A DNA stretch of 64,000 bases from an uncultured delta proteobacterium (GCA_963803435.1 CAWDML010000014.1:96001-160000); one strand, 5' to 3'. Counted from the stretch's first letter, positions 34,419 to 44,785 are shown. Notes: generated by a model from the letters alone, not told the origin. Program-made: numbers and translations.

Positions 34419-35219
34419 ATGTACGGAGAGATCGATGGCCATGGTCGGCCGCTGGAGCGCGCTGACCTTCAGCGCGTGAAGCGGGAGCTGGCAGAGAGCG
34501 GCGCCGTGCTCCTTCGCGGCTTCTCGACCCACCTCGACGGCTTCGACGCGTTCAGCGCCCGCTTCGGAGAGTCGCACGGCGCCACCCCCTCCGTCGCCTC
34601 CGGTCCCACGGCCGGCATCAACCCTCACTCGGAGGCGCACTTCTCGCCGCTGTGCCCGGACCTCCTCCTCTTCTACTGCGCGCGGCCGGCGCGCGAAGGC
34701 GGACGCACGACCGTGTGCGACGGCGTCGATCTCTACCGCGCGCTCACCGGCCGCACGCGCAAGAAGCTGAAGAGCGCCGAGCTGTGCTGGCGCGTCGAGC
34801 TCAAGAAGCGCTGGTTCGAGGAGGCGCTCGCGCTCCCGTTCGACGCCATCCGCAGGCGCTGGTTCGACACCGCCGAGCGCTGCGTCTTCTCCGACAGCGG
34901 AGACGCCGTCCGCTACGAGCTCACGAACGGGCCCATGCAAGACACGATGCTCGGCCCCGCCGTGGTCAACGGGCTCCTCGCCGCGATGGACTACCGCAGC
35001 GTCGATCTGGAGAAGGTGCAGAGGATTGCGCCCAGCCTCGATCGCCACGCGCTCTGGGAGATCATGGACGCGGCGTACGACGTCGCCGAGCCGATCGAGT
35101 GGGAGACAGGCGACATCTTCGTCGTCGACAACGCCCGCGCCATGCACGGCCGGGAGCCGTTCGAGGATCCCGAGCGCACGATCCATCGCCGCATGGTCTG
35201 GCGGACGATGGCTCACTGA
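34419..35219 (+). CDS. TauD/TfdA-family Fe(II)/2-oxoglutarate dioxygenase
   Basis: GAVLLRGF, HSE (HxD/E), LLLFYC..P...GGRTTVCDG, WETGDIFVVDNARAMHGREPF. Confidence 0.88.
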   Translation: MYGEIDGHGRPLERADLQRVKRELAESGAVLLRGFSTHLDGFDAFSARFGESHGATPSVASGPTAGINPHSEAHFSPLCPDLLLFYCARPAREGGRTTVCDGVDLYRALTGRTRKKLKSAELCWRVELKKRWFEEALALPFDAIRRRWFDTAERCVFSDSGDAVRYELTNGPMQDTMLGPAVVNGLLAAMDYRSVDLEKVQRIAPSLDRHALWEIMDAAYDVAEPIEWETGDIFVVDNARAMHGREPFEDPERTIHRRMVWRTMAH

Positions 35220-36526
35220 GGGAGCAGCGTCAGATCCGCGATCGCCATGAAGGGCGGCGTGCCGCGGTCCTCGTTCTCGCCGACGATCACCGCGAAGGCG
35301 CCCCCGGGGGCGGCGTCGACCCCGACCAGCGGCCGCAGCGTACCCACCCCGATCTGACAGGTTCGACCTTCCACGACCAGACCCGCGTAGCCGACGTCGG
35401 CGACGGCGAGGATCCGCTCGCTTCTCAGGCGCACGGCACCCGAGGCGGTGAACTGGGCGGTGGGCGGCGCCGAGATCGGCGACCAGCTCCGGGAGGCCTC
35501 CTCGCGCACGAGCAGCTGGAATGCGCCGATCGCGCCCAGCCACATGTCGTCCCCGAATCCCGACCAGCCGGCGCCCACCTGGGGGTCGCTGAACTCGAGC
35601 GACCACACCGTCGCATCGCGCACGTGGAGACCGCCCTCGACCACAGCGACCATTCGATCCGAGTCGACGATGAAGAGGTCTTCGACGCCGGGCGGAAGAT
35701 CGTCCCGGGCTGCAGCGATCGTGGACGTCGTGCGCACCTCGAGCGCGGCCGAGGGGTCGTACGCGATCACGGTGCCGTCGTAGCCGGCGGCCACCTTCGG
35801 CGCAGAGAGACCCGTCTCGACCGTCCACGCGATCCGTCCCGCCTCGTCGAGCGCCATCACGCGACCGTCGCGAAGTGCGACCCAGGTGACGCCGTGATGA
35901 TCGGTCGAGATCGCCTGCGGGACCGCACCGCCGCCCAGGTCGATCGTGCGCACCGCGCCGGAGGCCGCATCGAGGCGGAGGAGCCGGCGGTCGGGCCCCG
36001 CGTCATCCGCCAGGAGCGCGAAGGCCGCGGCGTCGGAGGGCACGGCCACGCCCGTGAAGTTGCCGGTGAGCGGGACCTCGATCGGGGTGAGGATGATGCG
36101 GTCGCAGAGGAGCGTCGGGTCGTCGGAGCACCCGGGGAGCCGGACATCGATCGGCGTCGGCGCGCCCTGGCGCACCAGCTCGATCGGCTCTCCGCGCTGG
36201 ATCGGCGTCGAGATCCAGGAGTCGAGCGGCTCCGGCGCCTCCAGCCCCTCCCCGCCGATCGCAACTCCGCAGCGGCCGAAGTCGGGCCCGCCCGCGTCGG
36301 CGGCCGGATAGGTGCGCACGAGGATCCGCCGCGGCTGCTCGGTATCGACGCGGAGCTCGATCGCATCCCCTGTTCTGTACACGCGTGGCGCGCCCTCGAC
36401 GGCGCCGTTCTTCGAGAGCACCGCCACCACCGCCACTTGATCGTCGGGCCAAGGCGGCACCAGCTCCAGGCGAGGAGAGCCGCACGCACAGACCGACGCG
36501 AGCGCCAGCCACCCGACCGTGTTCAT
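35213..36526 (-). CDS. Hypothetical lipoprotein, probable beta-propeller
   Basis: [15 protein letters not shown]; beta-rich C-terminal region; start overlaps the methyltransferase stop. Confidence 0.7.
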   Translation of the reverse strand: MNTVGWLALASVCACGSPRLELVPPWPDDQVAVVAVLSKNGAVEGAPRVYRTGDAIELRVDTEQPRRILVRTYPAADAGGPDFGRCGVAIGGEGLEAPEPLDSWISTPIQRGEPIELVRQGAPTPIDVRLPGCSDDPTLLCDRIILTPIEVPLTGNFTGVAVPSDAAAFALLADDAGPDRRLLRLDAASGAVRTIDLGGGAVPQAISTDHHGVTWVALRDGRVMALDEAGRIAWTVETGLSAPKVAAGYDGTVIAYDPSAALEVRTTSTIAAARDDLPPGVEDLFIVDSDRMVAVVEGGLHVRDATVWSLEFSDPQVGAGWSGFGDDMWLGAIGAFQLLVREEASRSWSPISAPPTAQFTASGAVRLRSERILAVADVGYAGLVVEGRTCQIGVGTLRPLVGVDAAPGGAFAVIVGENEDRGTPPFMAIADLTLLPQ

Positions 36527-37320
36527 CGACCGGCCCGCGGCTTGACCGCGCGAGTGCCCATGAAGCTGGAGAAGTAGAGATCGTACGCCTCGAACTCCGC
36601 GCTCCCGCCCCCAGAGGTGTCCTCGTAGAAACCGGTGAGCACCAGCCCGGCGTCGAGCTGACCTCCGATCTGGTCGGCGATCGTGTGGCCGAAGTTGAGC
36701 GGCTCGCCCGCATCGGTGTACCGGCGCCGCTCCTCGTCGGTGAGGCTGGTGAGATCCGAGTAGGGCAACCGGTAGCGGCACTTGAGGACGCCCTTCACCG
36801 AGAGGTCCGGATCGAAGGTGTAGATGATCGGATTGGCGACGCCGGCGAGCAGCACGCCGCCCGGCTTGAGCACCCGCGCACACTCCCGCCAGACCGGCCG
36901 CACCTCGGGGACGAAGCAGTTCGAGACCGGGTGGAAGATCAGATCGAAGGTGGCGTCGGCGAAGGCCGACAGATCGCGCATGTCCCCCTGGATCGTCTGG
37001 ATCGGGAGCCCCTCGCGGTCCGCGACCTCGCGATCGCGCGCGAGCTGCTTCGAAGAGTTGTCGAACGAGACCACGCGCGCACCCTGGGCCGCCAGCACCG
37101 GACACTGCTGTCCGCCGCCCGACGCCAGCCCCAGCACCCGCGCGCCGGACAGCGGCGGATACCACTCGCGCGGCACTGGCTTGTTGGGGGTGAGCAGGAG
37201 CGACCAATCGCCGCGCTTCGCCCGCGCGATCACCTCGGCCGAGACCGGCCGCGTCCAGCGATCGCCCTCGTCGACCCGACGATCCCAGGCCTCGCCGTTG
37301 TAGCGCAGGATGTCGATCAC
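36523..37320 (-). CDS. Class I SAM-dependent methyltransferase
   Basis: [51 protein letters not shown]. Confidence 0.88.
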   Translation of the reverse strand: MIDILRYNGEAWDRRVDEGDRWTRPVSAEVIARAKRGDWSLLLTPNKPVPREWYPPLSGARVLGLASGGGQQCPVLAAQGARVVSFDNSSKQLARDREVADREGLPIQTIQGDMRDLSAFADATFDLIFHPVSNCFVPEVRPVWRECARVLKPGGVLLAGVANPIIYTFDPDLSVKGVLKCRYRLPYSDLTSLTDEERRRYTDAGEPLNFGHTIADQIGGQLDAGLVLTGFYEDTSGGGSAEFEAYDLYFSSFMGTRAVKPRAGR

Positions 37321-38422
37321 TCGGAGGTGAGGGCCGCGGTCTGCTCGGTGATCTTGTCGCCCGACCACTCGTCGTCGCGGCTGCGCTGCCCGGCCTTGCT
37401 GCGCTTGGCCGCCTTCTGGCGCTCGACCAGATCCGCGTGCGTCGTGAAGTACTCCAGCGCCTTGCCGCGGAAGTCCTCGACGGACGTGTAGCCCTTGTCG
37501 TCCATCCACTGCGAGAGCTCGCGCACAGCTCGGTGATGATCTCGTAGCCGCGCAGCATCGCGCCGGTGCAGATCTGGACCGTGGAGGCGCCGAGCGCGAT
37601 GAACTGGATCGCGTCCTGCGCGGTCTCGATCCCGCCCATGCCGCTGATCGAGGCCCTGCCGTAGAGCTTGCGTCCGATCTCCGGACACGAAGCGGAGCGC
37701 GATCGGTCGCACCGCCTGGGCCGAGTAGCCGCCGGGAACGGTGTAGCCCTCGACGGTCGGCTGCGGGCGCAGCGTGTCGAGGTCGATGCCGATGATCGAG
37801 AGGATCGTGTTGATGGCGCTGATGCCCGTCGGCGCCCGCCTCGATGGCGGCCGCGGCGGGGAGCGTGATGTCCGTGACGTTCGGCGTCATCTTCGCCCAG
37901 ACCGGGATCTTCGCGACCTCCTTCACCCAGCCGACGACCTCGCGCGTGATCTCGGGCGACTCGCCCATCGCCACGCCCATGCGCCGCTCGGGCAGGCCGT
38001 GCGGGCAGGAGAGGTTGAGCTCGAAGCCGTCGACGCCCGTCTCCTGGACCTCGCTTCACGATCCGCTGCCAGGCCTCGCGCCGGTACTCCTCCATGATCG
38101 AGGCGATCAGCATCTTGTCCGGGTACTCCTCCTTCAGCTTGCGGAGCTCGTCGAGCCAGATCTCGAACGGCCGGTCGCAGATCAGCTCGATGTTCTCGAA
38201 GCCGATCACCTCGCCGTTCTCGCGGGACTTGAGCTTGCCGTAGCGCGGCGCAGTGTTGATGACCTTGCTGGAGTCGAGGCTGATGGTCTTGCAGACGACG
38301 CCGCCCCAGCCGAGCTCGAACGCCTTCGCGATGACCTTCGCGTTGGTCCCGGGCGGGCCCGAGCCGAGCACGAACGGGTTCTCGAACTTCATCCCATCGA
38401 CGGTGATTTCGAGTTTGGCCAC
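37317..38422 (-). CDS. preA: Dihydropyrimidine dehydrogenase PreA, plant-PYD1-like form (about 4 frameshifts, probably assembly errors)
   Basis: [49 protein letters not shown]; frames switch near 38050, 37825, 37682 and 37522. Confidence 0.88.
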
Positions 38423-38431
38423 GGCGCCCTC

Positions 38432-39308
38432 CTACGGGAGCTGCTCGACCATGAGCCCGTAGGTCTCGGGTCGTCGGTCGCGGTAGAACTGCCAGGTGCG
38501 GCGGACATCCTCGATCATGTCGAGGTTGGCCTCGGCCACGACCAGGTCGTCCTCGGTCCTCGCTGGCGACGGCCAGGAAATTGCCGCGCGGGTCGACGAC
38601 GTACGAGGAGCCGTAGAAGTCGCCGATGTTCCAGGGCGCCTCCGTTCCAACCCGGTTGCTGGCGGCGACGAAGTAGCCGTTCGCGACGGCGTGCGCCGGC
38701 TGCTCCAGCTTCCACAGGTACTGCGACAGGCCGCGCGACGGTGGCCGAAGGGTTGAAGACGATCTCGGCGCCGTTGAGGCCGAGGATGCGCGCGCCCTCC
38801 GGGAAGTGGCGGTCGTAGCAGATGTACACGCCGATCTTCGCGTACTTGGTCTCGAACACGGGATAGCCGAGGTTGCCGGGCTTGAAGTAATACTTCTCCC
38901 AGAACCCGTTCGTCTGCGGGATGTGCGTCTTACGGTACTTGCCGAGGTAGGTGCCGTCGGCGTCGATGACCGCCGCGGTGTTGTAGTAGACGCCCGCCTG
39001 CGCGCGCTCGTAGACCGGCACCACCATCACCATGTTGTACTTCTTCGCGTACGCCGCCATGCGCTCGGTGGTGGGGCCGGGCACCGCCTCGGCGGAGTCG
39101 CACCAATCGGCTCCTGCGCGGGACAGAAGTATGGGGTGTTGAAGATCTCCTGGAGACCGAGGATCTGGACCCCCTGCTGGCCGGCCTTCTCGATCCAGGG
39201 GATGTGCTTCGCCTCCATCGCCTCCATCACGCCTTTGACCATGCCGGGGCCGGGAGAGACCGGGGGGCAGCTCATCTGAATCAGTCCGACTTTGACGGTT
39301 CGACCCAT
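38432..39308 (-). CDS. Nitrilase-family beta-ureidopropionase (N-carbamoyl-beta-alanine amidohydrolase), about 3 frameshifts
   Basis: Catalytic triad motifs LQEIF, KYRKTHIP and ICYDRHFPE; FNPSAT; WQFYRDRRPETY; directly upstream of preA. Confidence 0.87.
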
Positions 39309-39374
39309 GGAGCCCCGACCCTTAGCAGGGTCCTCCTGCAAGTCAAGTCGTCATCGCTCCGACCCAACCACGTA

Positions 39375-39403
39375 TTGACCGGCCGCGGGGCGATCCTTAA
39401 ACG
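39375..39403 (+). promoter_or_regulatory. Candidate sigma70 promoter of the aldehyde dehydrogenase (possibly leaderless)
   Basis: TTGACC-N17-TAAACG, 6 nt before the ATG at 39410; no Shine-Dalgarno. Confidence 0.45.
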
Positions 39404-39409
39404 GGCCGG

Positions 39410-40891
39410 ATGCACGGGCTTCTGAGGAACTTCATCGACGGTGAATGGGGTGAGTCGGTCACGGGCCGAACGGTCGACAACGTGAACCCCGCCGACACAC
39501 GGCAGGTGCTGGGAAAGGTCGTGCGCTCGAGCCGCGAGGACACCCTCCGCGCCGTCGACTCCGCCCAGCGCGCGTTCTCGTCGTGGCGCCGGGTGCCTGC
39601 GCCCAAGCGCGGCGCGATCGTGTTCGACGCGATGCGCCTGATGATCGAGCGCCGCGAAGAGATCGCGCAGGCCCTCACGCGCGAGGAGGGCAAGACGCTC
39701 GGCGAGTCGCGGGGCGAGGTGCAGAAGTCGATCAACCTCCTCGAGTTCATCGCAGGCGAGGCGCGACGTCTCAACGGGATCACCACGCCCTCGGAGATGC
39801 CGAAGACCTTCGCGTACACCGTACGCTCGCCGCTCGGAGTGGTCGGGTTGGTGACGCCCTGGAACTTCCCGGTGTGCATCCCCACCTGGAAGATCGCGCC
39901 CGCGCTGATCGCCGGGAACACGGTGGTGATGAAGCCCGCCACCATCACGCCCTGGACCGCCGAGCTGGTGGTGCGCTGCTTCGCCGACGTCGGCCTCCCC
40001 AAGGGCGTGCTCAACCTGGTGCACGGCAGCGGCGGCGAGGTGGGCCAGACGATCGTCGAGCATCCGGAGGTCCGCGCGCTCTCGTTCACCGGGAGCAACG
40101 AGGTCGGCTGCAAGCTCTACGAGGACGGGAGCAAGACGCTCAAGAAGGTCCAGTGCGAGATGGGCGGCAAGAACCCGCTGATCGTGCTCGAAGACGCCGA
40201 CCTCGAGCTCGCCGCCGCCGCCTGCGCGCAGGGCGCCTTCGGATCCACGGGCCAGCGCTGCACCGCCACCTCACGCGCGATCGTGGTCGAGAGCGTGGCC
40301 GATCGCTTCGTCGAGCGCGTGGTGGCCCTGGCACGCGAGATCCGCACCGGCAACGGCGTCGACCCCGGCATCACCATGGGCCCGTCGGTCGACGAGGGCC
40401 AGATGAACACGGTGCTCGCCTTCCACGAGGTCGCGAAGCAGGAGGGCGCCAAGCTGCTCGCCGGCGGCAAGCGCTTGACGGAGGGCGACCTCGCGCACGG
40501 CTTCTTCACCGCGCCCACGGTCTACGATCAGGTGCGGCCCGACTCCCGCCTGGCGCAGGAGGAGATCTTCGGACCGGTCCTGTCGGTCATCCGCGTGAAG
40601 ACGTTCGAGGAGGCGATCCAGGTCGCCAACAGCGTCGCGTTCGGACTGACCTCGTCGATCTTCACCCGCGACGTGGGACGCGCCATGGAGTACGTCGACG
40701 AGATCGACACCGGCATGCTCCACGTGAACTCGCCGACGGTCGGCGGAGAGGCGCAGCTCCCGTTCGGCGGGATGAAGGCGACCGGCGTCGGCCAGCGCGA
40801 GATGGGCCCCACCGCGATCGACTTCTTCTCCGAGTGGAAGACGGTCTATGTCGACTACACCGGGACCAAGCGCGAGACGAAGATCTACTGA
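39410..40891 (+). CDS. NAD(P)-dependent aldehyde dehydrogenase
   Basis: TPWNFP, SFTGS, EMGGKN, GQRCTA, EEIFGP, PFGGMK. Confidence 0.95.
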   Translation: MHGLLRNFIDGEWGESVTGRTVDNVNPADTRQVLGKVVRSSREDTLRAVDSAQRAFSSWRRVPAPKRGAIVFDAMRLMIERREEIAQALTREEGKTLGESRGEVQKSINLLEFIAGEARRLNGITTPSEMPKTFAYTVRSPLGVVGLVTPWNFPVCIPTWKIAPALIAGNTVVMKPATITPWTAELVVRCFADVGLPKGVLNLVHGSGGEVGQTIVEHPEVRALSFTGSNEVGCKLYEDGSKTLKKVQCEMGGKNPLIVLEDADLELAAAACAQGAFGSTGQRCTATSRAIVVESVADRFVERVVALAREIRTGNGVDPGITMGPSVDEGQMNTVLAFHEVAKQEGAKLLAGGKRLTEGDLAHGFFTAPTVYDQVRPDSRLAQEEIFGPVLSVIRVKTFEEAIQVANSVAFGLTSSIFTRDVGRAMEYVDEIDTGMLHVNSPTVGGEAQLPFGGMKATGVGQREMGPTAIDFFSEWKTVYVDYTGTKRETKIY

Positions 40892-42126
40892 TGAAGGCGC
40901 GAATGGGAAGCGTGCTCGCGCTCGTGGTGCTCGGCGCGTGCAAGGAACCGGCGGAGGAGCAAACCGTGACGTTCAAACGAGAAGCGCCGGCGACGGCGGC
41001 TCAGCCGGACGCCCTCGCCTCGGCGGCCACCGGCTTCGGGCTCGACCTCTGGAAGCGGCTCCCCGCCGGCAACGCGGTGATGTCGCCGGTGAGCCTGGAG
41101 CTGGCGCTGGCGATGACCCGGTCCGGGGCGCGCGGCGAGACCGCGGCGCAGATGGATCGGGTGCTCCACCTCGAGGGCAAGAGCGGCGTCGAGGAGGCGG
41201 CGACCGAAGCCCTGCGCACCTGGAAGGACGAGCTCCGGGTCGTCAACCGCCTGTTCGGCGAGACCACCTACACGTTCAAGCCCGAGTTCGTCGCGCTCAC
41301 CGCGCGGGTCTACGGTGCGCCGCTCGAGCGACTCGATTTCCAGAAGAGCCCGGAGCCGAGCCGGTCCAAGATCAACGGCTGGGTCGCGGGCGAGACCAAG
41401 GATCGAATCCAGGATCTGATCCCCGCCGGGGCGATCGTCGCCGACACTCGACTCGTCCTCACCAACGCGATCTACCTCCTCGCCGAGTGGGAGGATCCTT
41501 TCATGGACGCGTTCACCACGCCGGCCGACTTCTTCGCGGGCGACAAGACGGTCAAGGCGCAGATGATGAGCCAGACCGAGCACGCGCGGTTCGCGCAGCT
41601 GGACGGCATGAAGATCCTGGAGAAGAGCTACGCGGGCGGCGCCCTGGCGATGACCTTCCTCCTCCCCGACGCGCCGGACGGCCTGCCCCCCATGGAGGCG
41701 AGCCTCACGCCCGAGCTCCTCGGCGGCTGGATCGCGACGCTCGCCGACGACCGGGTGCAGATCGCGCTGCCGCGCTTCACCGTCGAGCCCGCCGAGTCGA
41801 TCGACGTCAAGCAGTACCTCGCGGAGATGGGCATGCCCCTCGCCTTCCAGCGCCTCCAGGCCGACTTCACCGGCATCGCCGATCCACCGAGCCCGGAGGA
41901 CCGCCTCTACATCAGCAACGTCTTCCACAAGGCGTTCGTGAAGGTGGACGAGAAGGGCACCGAGGCCGCCGCCGCCAGCGCGGTGGTGATGGCGAAGGCA
42001 GGCGGCGCACCCCAGGCCCCGAAGTCCGTCTTCCGCGCCGACCACCCGTTCCTGTTCCTGATCCGCGACCTCCGCTCCGGGGCGATCCTGTTCGTCGGAC
42101 GCGTGGTCGATCCGACCGCCGCATGA
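40891..42126 (+). CDS. Serpin (serine protease inhibitor), lipoprotein
   Basis: VLGA-C lipobox; SPVSL, INGWV..ETKDRI, LVLTNAIY, VDEKGTEAAAAS hinge, FRADHPFLFLIRD. Confidence 0.94.
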   Translation: MKARMGSVLALVVLGACKEPAEEQTVTFKREAPATAAQPDALASAATGFGLDLWKRLPAGNAVMSPVSLELALAMTRSGARGETAAQMDRVLHLEGKSGVEEAATEALRTWKDELRVVNRLFGETTYTFKPEFVALTARVYGAPLERLDFQKSPEPSRSKINGWVAGETKDRIQDLIPAGAIVADTRLVLTNAIYLLAEWEDPFMDAFTTPADFFAGDKTVKAQMMSQTEHARFAQLDGMKILEKSYAGGALAMTFLLPDAPDGLPPMEASLTPELLGGWIATLADDRVQIALPRFTVEPAESIDVKQYLAEMGMPLAFQRLQADFTGIADPPSPEDRLYISNVFHKAFVKVDEKGTEAAAASAVVMAKAGGAPQAPKSVFRADHPFLFLIRDLRSGAILFVGRVVDPTAA

Positions 42127-42435
42127 GCGCGCCGATCCGGTTCGATCGACCGAGGTCGGAGGCTCATTCGTGATTCCCATCGGGTTCAGGCCTCCTGCCA
42201 GCGCGGACATCGAAGCTTCAATAGATCCCGCGCCCCTGGCCTTCAGGCCGAGTCGGAGAATCCGCACCTCGATCTCGTATCATGGCGGGTCCGAGCCCGC
42301 GTCGGCCGGACCTCGCTGGGTTCGTCCCGTTTCTTCGAACGATACGTTCCAATAACACCATGGAGTGGGATGGTTCCGCGCGCCCGTACCCCCTGAGCCC
42401 GGCGGCACGACGCTGCCGGCGTCGAAGGAGGACAC

Positions 42436-44634
42436 ATGCGCAGACGCAAGCTTGCAGGGTTCTGGCTCGGTTCGATCCTACTCATCTCGTGCACCCGCAC
42501 GCCCGGGGACGTCACCACGGATCCGGGGAACGACGGACAGAACGGACAGAACGGACAGAACGGACAGGACGGGTTGAGCTCGCTGGTCCGGGTCTCGACC
42601 GAGCCGGCGGGGGTCAACTGTCCCCTGGGCGGCTCGGTGATCGAGACCGGGCTCGACCGAGATCGGGACGGCGTCCTCTCGGATGCCGAGGTCGACGCGT
42701 CCTCGTACGTGTGCCGCGACAGCAACGGCAACCTCCCGGACGTGTTCACCGTCCGCATCGAGAACATCTCGAGCGAGAGCCCGCTGCCGACGTTCCTCTC
42801 ACCCGGGATCTGGGCGGTACACGCCCCCGGCGTGGAACCGCTCTTCACCGAGGGTGAGCCGGACCGCGGGCTCGGCCTCGAGAGCCTGGCCGAGGACGGG
42901 AACCCGACGCGCATCGCCCCGGCGCTGGAGGCGGATCCGTCCGTCGGCGGATCCGGCATCTTCAACGCACCGCTGGGCGGGGGCGGCACCGGGCCGCTCT
43001 TCCCTGGACAGACCTACGAGTTCGTGGTCACCGCGTCGCCGCGCACGCCCGAGCTCTCGTTCGCCTCGATGTTCGGCCAGTCCAACGACGTCATCCTCTC
43101 GAACCGCGCCGCGATCGAGCTGTTCGACGTGAACGGCGCTCCCATCGACGCCCAGATCGCGACCCACGCCGTCGGCCTCTTCGACCTGGGCACCGAGGCC
43201 AACGAAGCCCCCGGCACCGGCCCGAACCAGGCGCCGCGCCAGCCCGCGCCCAACACCGGCCCGGGCGAGCTCGGCGTCCGCGAGTGGACCGGCAGCACGC
43301 ACGCGCTCCCGCTGGCCGACCGTCTCGTGCACCTCACCGTCGCCCAGCAGGCGAGCACGTACGTCATCACCGTCGAGAACGTCAGCGAGGTGGAGGGCGC
43401 CTTCGTGTCGCCGATCGCGCCGATCTTCTGGGCGGTCCACAGCGCCGACTTCGCGCTCTTCGCCGAGGGCGAGCCTGCGGTCGCCGGTCTCGAGATGCTG
43501 GCCGAGGACGGCTCACCGGCGCGGCTCGCCGCGGACATGGACGGCGCGCCCGGCATCCTCGCCTCCGGCACGCAGGCCGCCACCGTCGAGCTTCCCTCGC
43601 AGCCCGGACCGCTCCTCCCGGGCGCCCGTTACCAGATCGCCGTGACCCCGGACGCCGCGCATCGCTTCCTCACGCTGGCGGGGATGGTCGGTCAGACCAA
43701 CGACGCCTTCATCTCCTTCCCGCCGGCCGGCCTCGCCCTCCTCGGCGAAGACGGATCGCCGCGGCCCGCCGCCGACGTCGAGCGCGACGCCCAGAAGCTG
43801 CTCGCGATTTGGGACGCCGGCACCGAGATGAACGAGGCCCCGGGCGTGGGGCCGAACCAGGCGCCCCGGCAGAGCGCGCCCAACACCGGCGCGGCGGATC
43901 CGACGCCCGGCGTGCGCCGCTACGTCGACACCACCAACGACTTCGCACCCCCGTCCCTCGGCGGTGCGATCGACGTGTCCATCAGGCGGGACGCGATGCC
44001 GCGGACGTTTCAGATCCACATCCGCAACACCAGCGGTGGGAGCGGCTTCCCGGCGGTGCTCGGGCCGACGGCGTGGGCCACGCACGGCGCCTCGTTCGCG
44101 CTCTTCGGGATCGGGAGCTCCGCCTCCGCTGGCCTCGAGAAGCTCGCCGAGGACGGCAGCCCCAGCATCCTCGCCGAGGCGCTCGGCGCAGACGCGACCG
44201 TCTTCTCGAGCGGCGTCGCCATCCAGAGCGACGCGGGCGCCACTGGGCCGATCCACCCCGGCGAGGGCTACACCTTCACGGTGACCGTCGACCCGTCCGC
44301 ACCGCGCATCAGCATGGCGGCGATGGTGGTCCCGTCGAACGACACGTTCTGGTCGTTCGGCCCCCAAGGGATTGCGCTCCTCGACGACGCGGGCAATGAG
44401 CGCTCCGACGCGGACATCGCGGCCGACGTGGCGGCGTCCCTCCGGGCGTACGACGCCGGGACCGAGGCCAACCAGGCCGCCGCCGGCGGCCGCGACATGG
44501 CCCCGTATCAGGCCGGGCCGAACACCGGCGCCGGCGAGGGCTCGGGCCTGGTCCGCGCGCTCGACGATCCGATCTGGTCGTACCCGTCGGTCGAGCAGCT
44601 GGTCCGCCTCAGCGTCGTGCACGTCGAGCAGTAA
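42436..44634 (+). CDS. Lipoprotein with three tandem Spondin_N-like domains
   Basis: AAGGAGG RBS; LLIS-C; three copies of WAVH...GLExLAEDG...SND...DAGTE.N. Confidence 0.87.
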   Translation: MRRRKLAGFWLGSILLISCTRTPGDVTTDPGNDGQNGQNGQNGQDGLSSLVRVSTEPAGVNCPLGGSVIETGLDRDRDGVLSDAEVDASSYVCRDSNGNLPDVFTVRIENISSESPLPTFLSPGIWAVHAPGVEPLFTEGEPDRGLGLESLAEDGNPTRIAPALEADPSVGGSGIFNAPLGGGGTGPLFPGQTYEFVVTASPRTPELSFASMFGQSNDVILSNRAAIELFDVNGAPIDAQIATHAVGLFDLGTEANEAPGTGPNQAPRQPAPNTGPGELGVREWTGSTHALPLADRLVHLTVAQQASTYVITVENVSEVEGAFVSPIAPIFWAVHSADFALFAEGEPAVAGLEMLAEDGSPARLAADMDGAPGILASGTQAATVELPSQPGPLLPGARYQIAVTPDAAHRFLTLAGMVGQTNDAFISFPPAGLALLGEDGSPRPAADVERDAQKLLAIWDAGTEMNEAPGVGPNQAPRQSAPNTGAADPTPGVRRYVDTTNDFAPPSLGGAIDVSIRRDAMPRTFQIHIRNTSGGSGFPAVLGPTAWATHGASFALFGIGSSASAGLEKLAEDGSPSILAEALGADATVFSSGVAIQSDAGATGPIHPGEGYTFTVTVDPSAPRISMAAMVVPSNDTFWSFGPQGIALLDDAGNERSDADIAADVAASLRAYDAGTEANQAAAGGRDMAPYQAGPNTGAGEGSGLVRALDDPIWSYPSVEQLVRLSVVHVEQ
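42533..42567 (+). repeat. 9-bp tandem repeat (ACGGACAGA, about 4 copies) encoding collagen-like GQN triplets
   Basis: acggacagaacggacagaacggacagaacggacag. Confidence 0.85.
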
Positions 44635-44699
44635 CAGCGGGCGCGTCCCGAAGGAGTCCTTCTACGCTCGGCTTGCGGCCTGATCTTGCTGTCGGCTAG

Positions 44700-44765
44700 G
44701 AGCGTGTAGCGCGTAAGCGCTCACGCGACCCCGGTCCGGGTCCCGGTCCCGGTCCGGGTCCCGAT
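44700..44765 (+). repeat. Left terminal inverted repeat with (GGTCCC/GGTCCG) hexamers
   Basis: GAGCGTGTAGCGCGTAAGCGCTCACGCGACCCCGGTCCGGGTCCCGGTCCCGGTCCGGGTCCCGAT. Confidence 0.88.
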
Positions 44766-44785
44766 CTGAAGATGGCTGCCTTGAG

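Noticed and set aside
34227-35828. 534-aa N-terminal extension of GltB in the 1992-aa ORF
   Set aside because: It is the antisense of the TauD-like gene plus an off-frame stretch; real GltB starts just before the ERSA-CGVGF motif
35213-38422. 1069-aa PreA-lipoprotein fusion and 485-aa PreA-methyltransferase fusion
   Set aside because: Artefacts of frameshifts in preA; the downstream genes have their own starts overlapping the previous stops
39583-42126. 847-aa ORF ending in a serpin
   Set aside because: The N-terminal half is an off-frame reading of the ALDH gene; the serpin starts at 40891 (or 40903) with its own signal peptide
42400-42420. sigma54 promoter upstream of the spondin gene (CGGCACGACGCTGC)
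   Set aside because: The GG-to-GC spacing is 9 nt rather than the required 10
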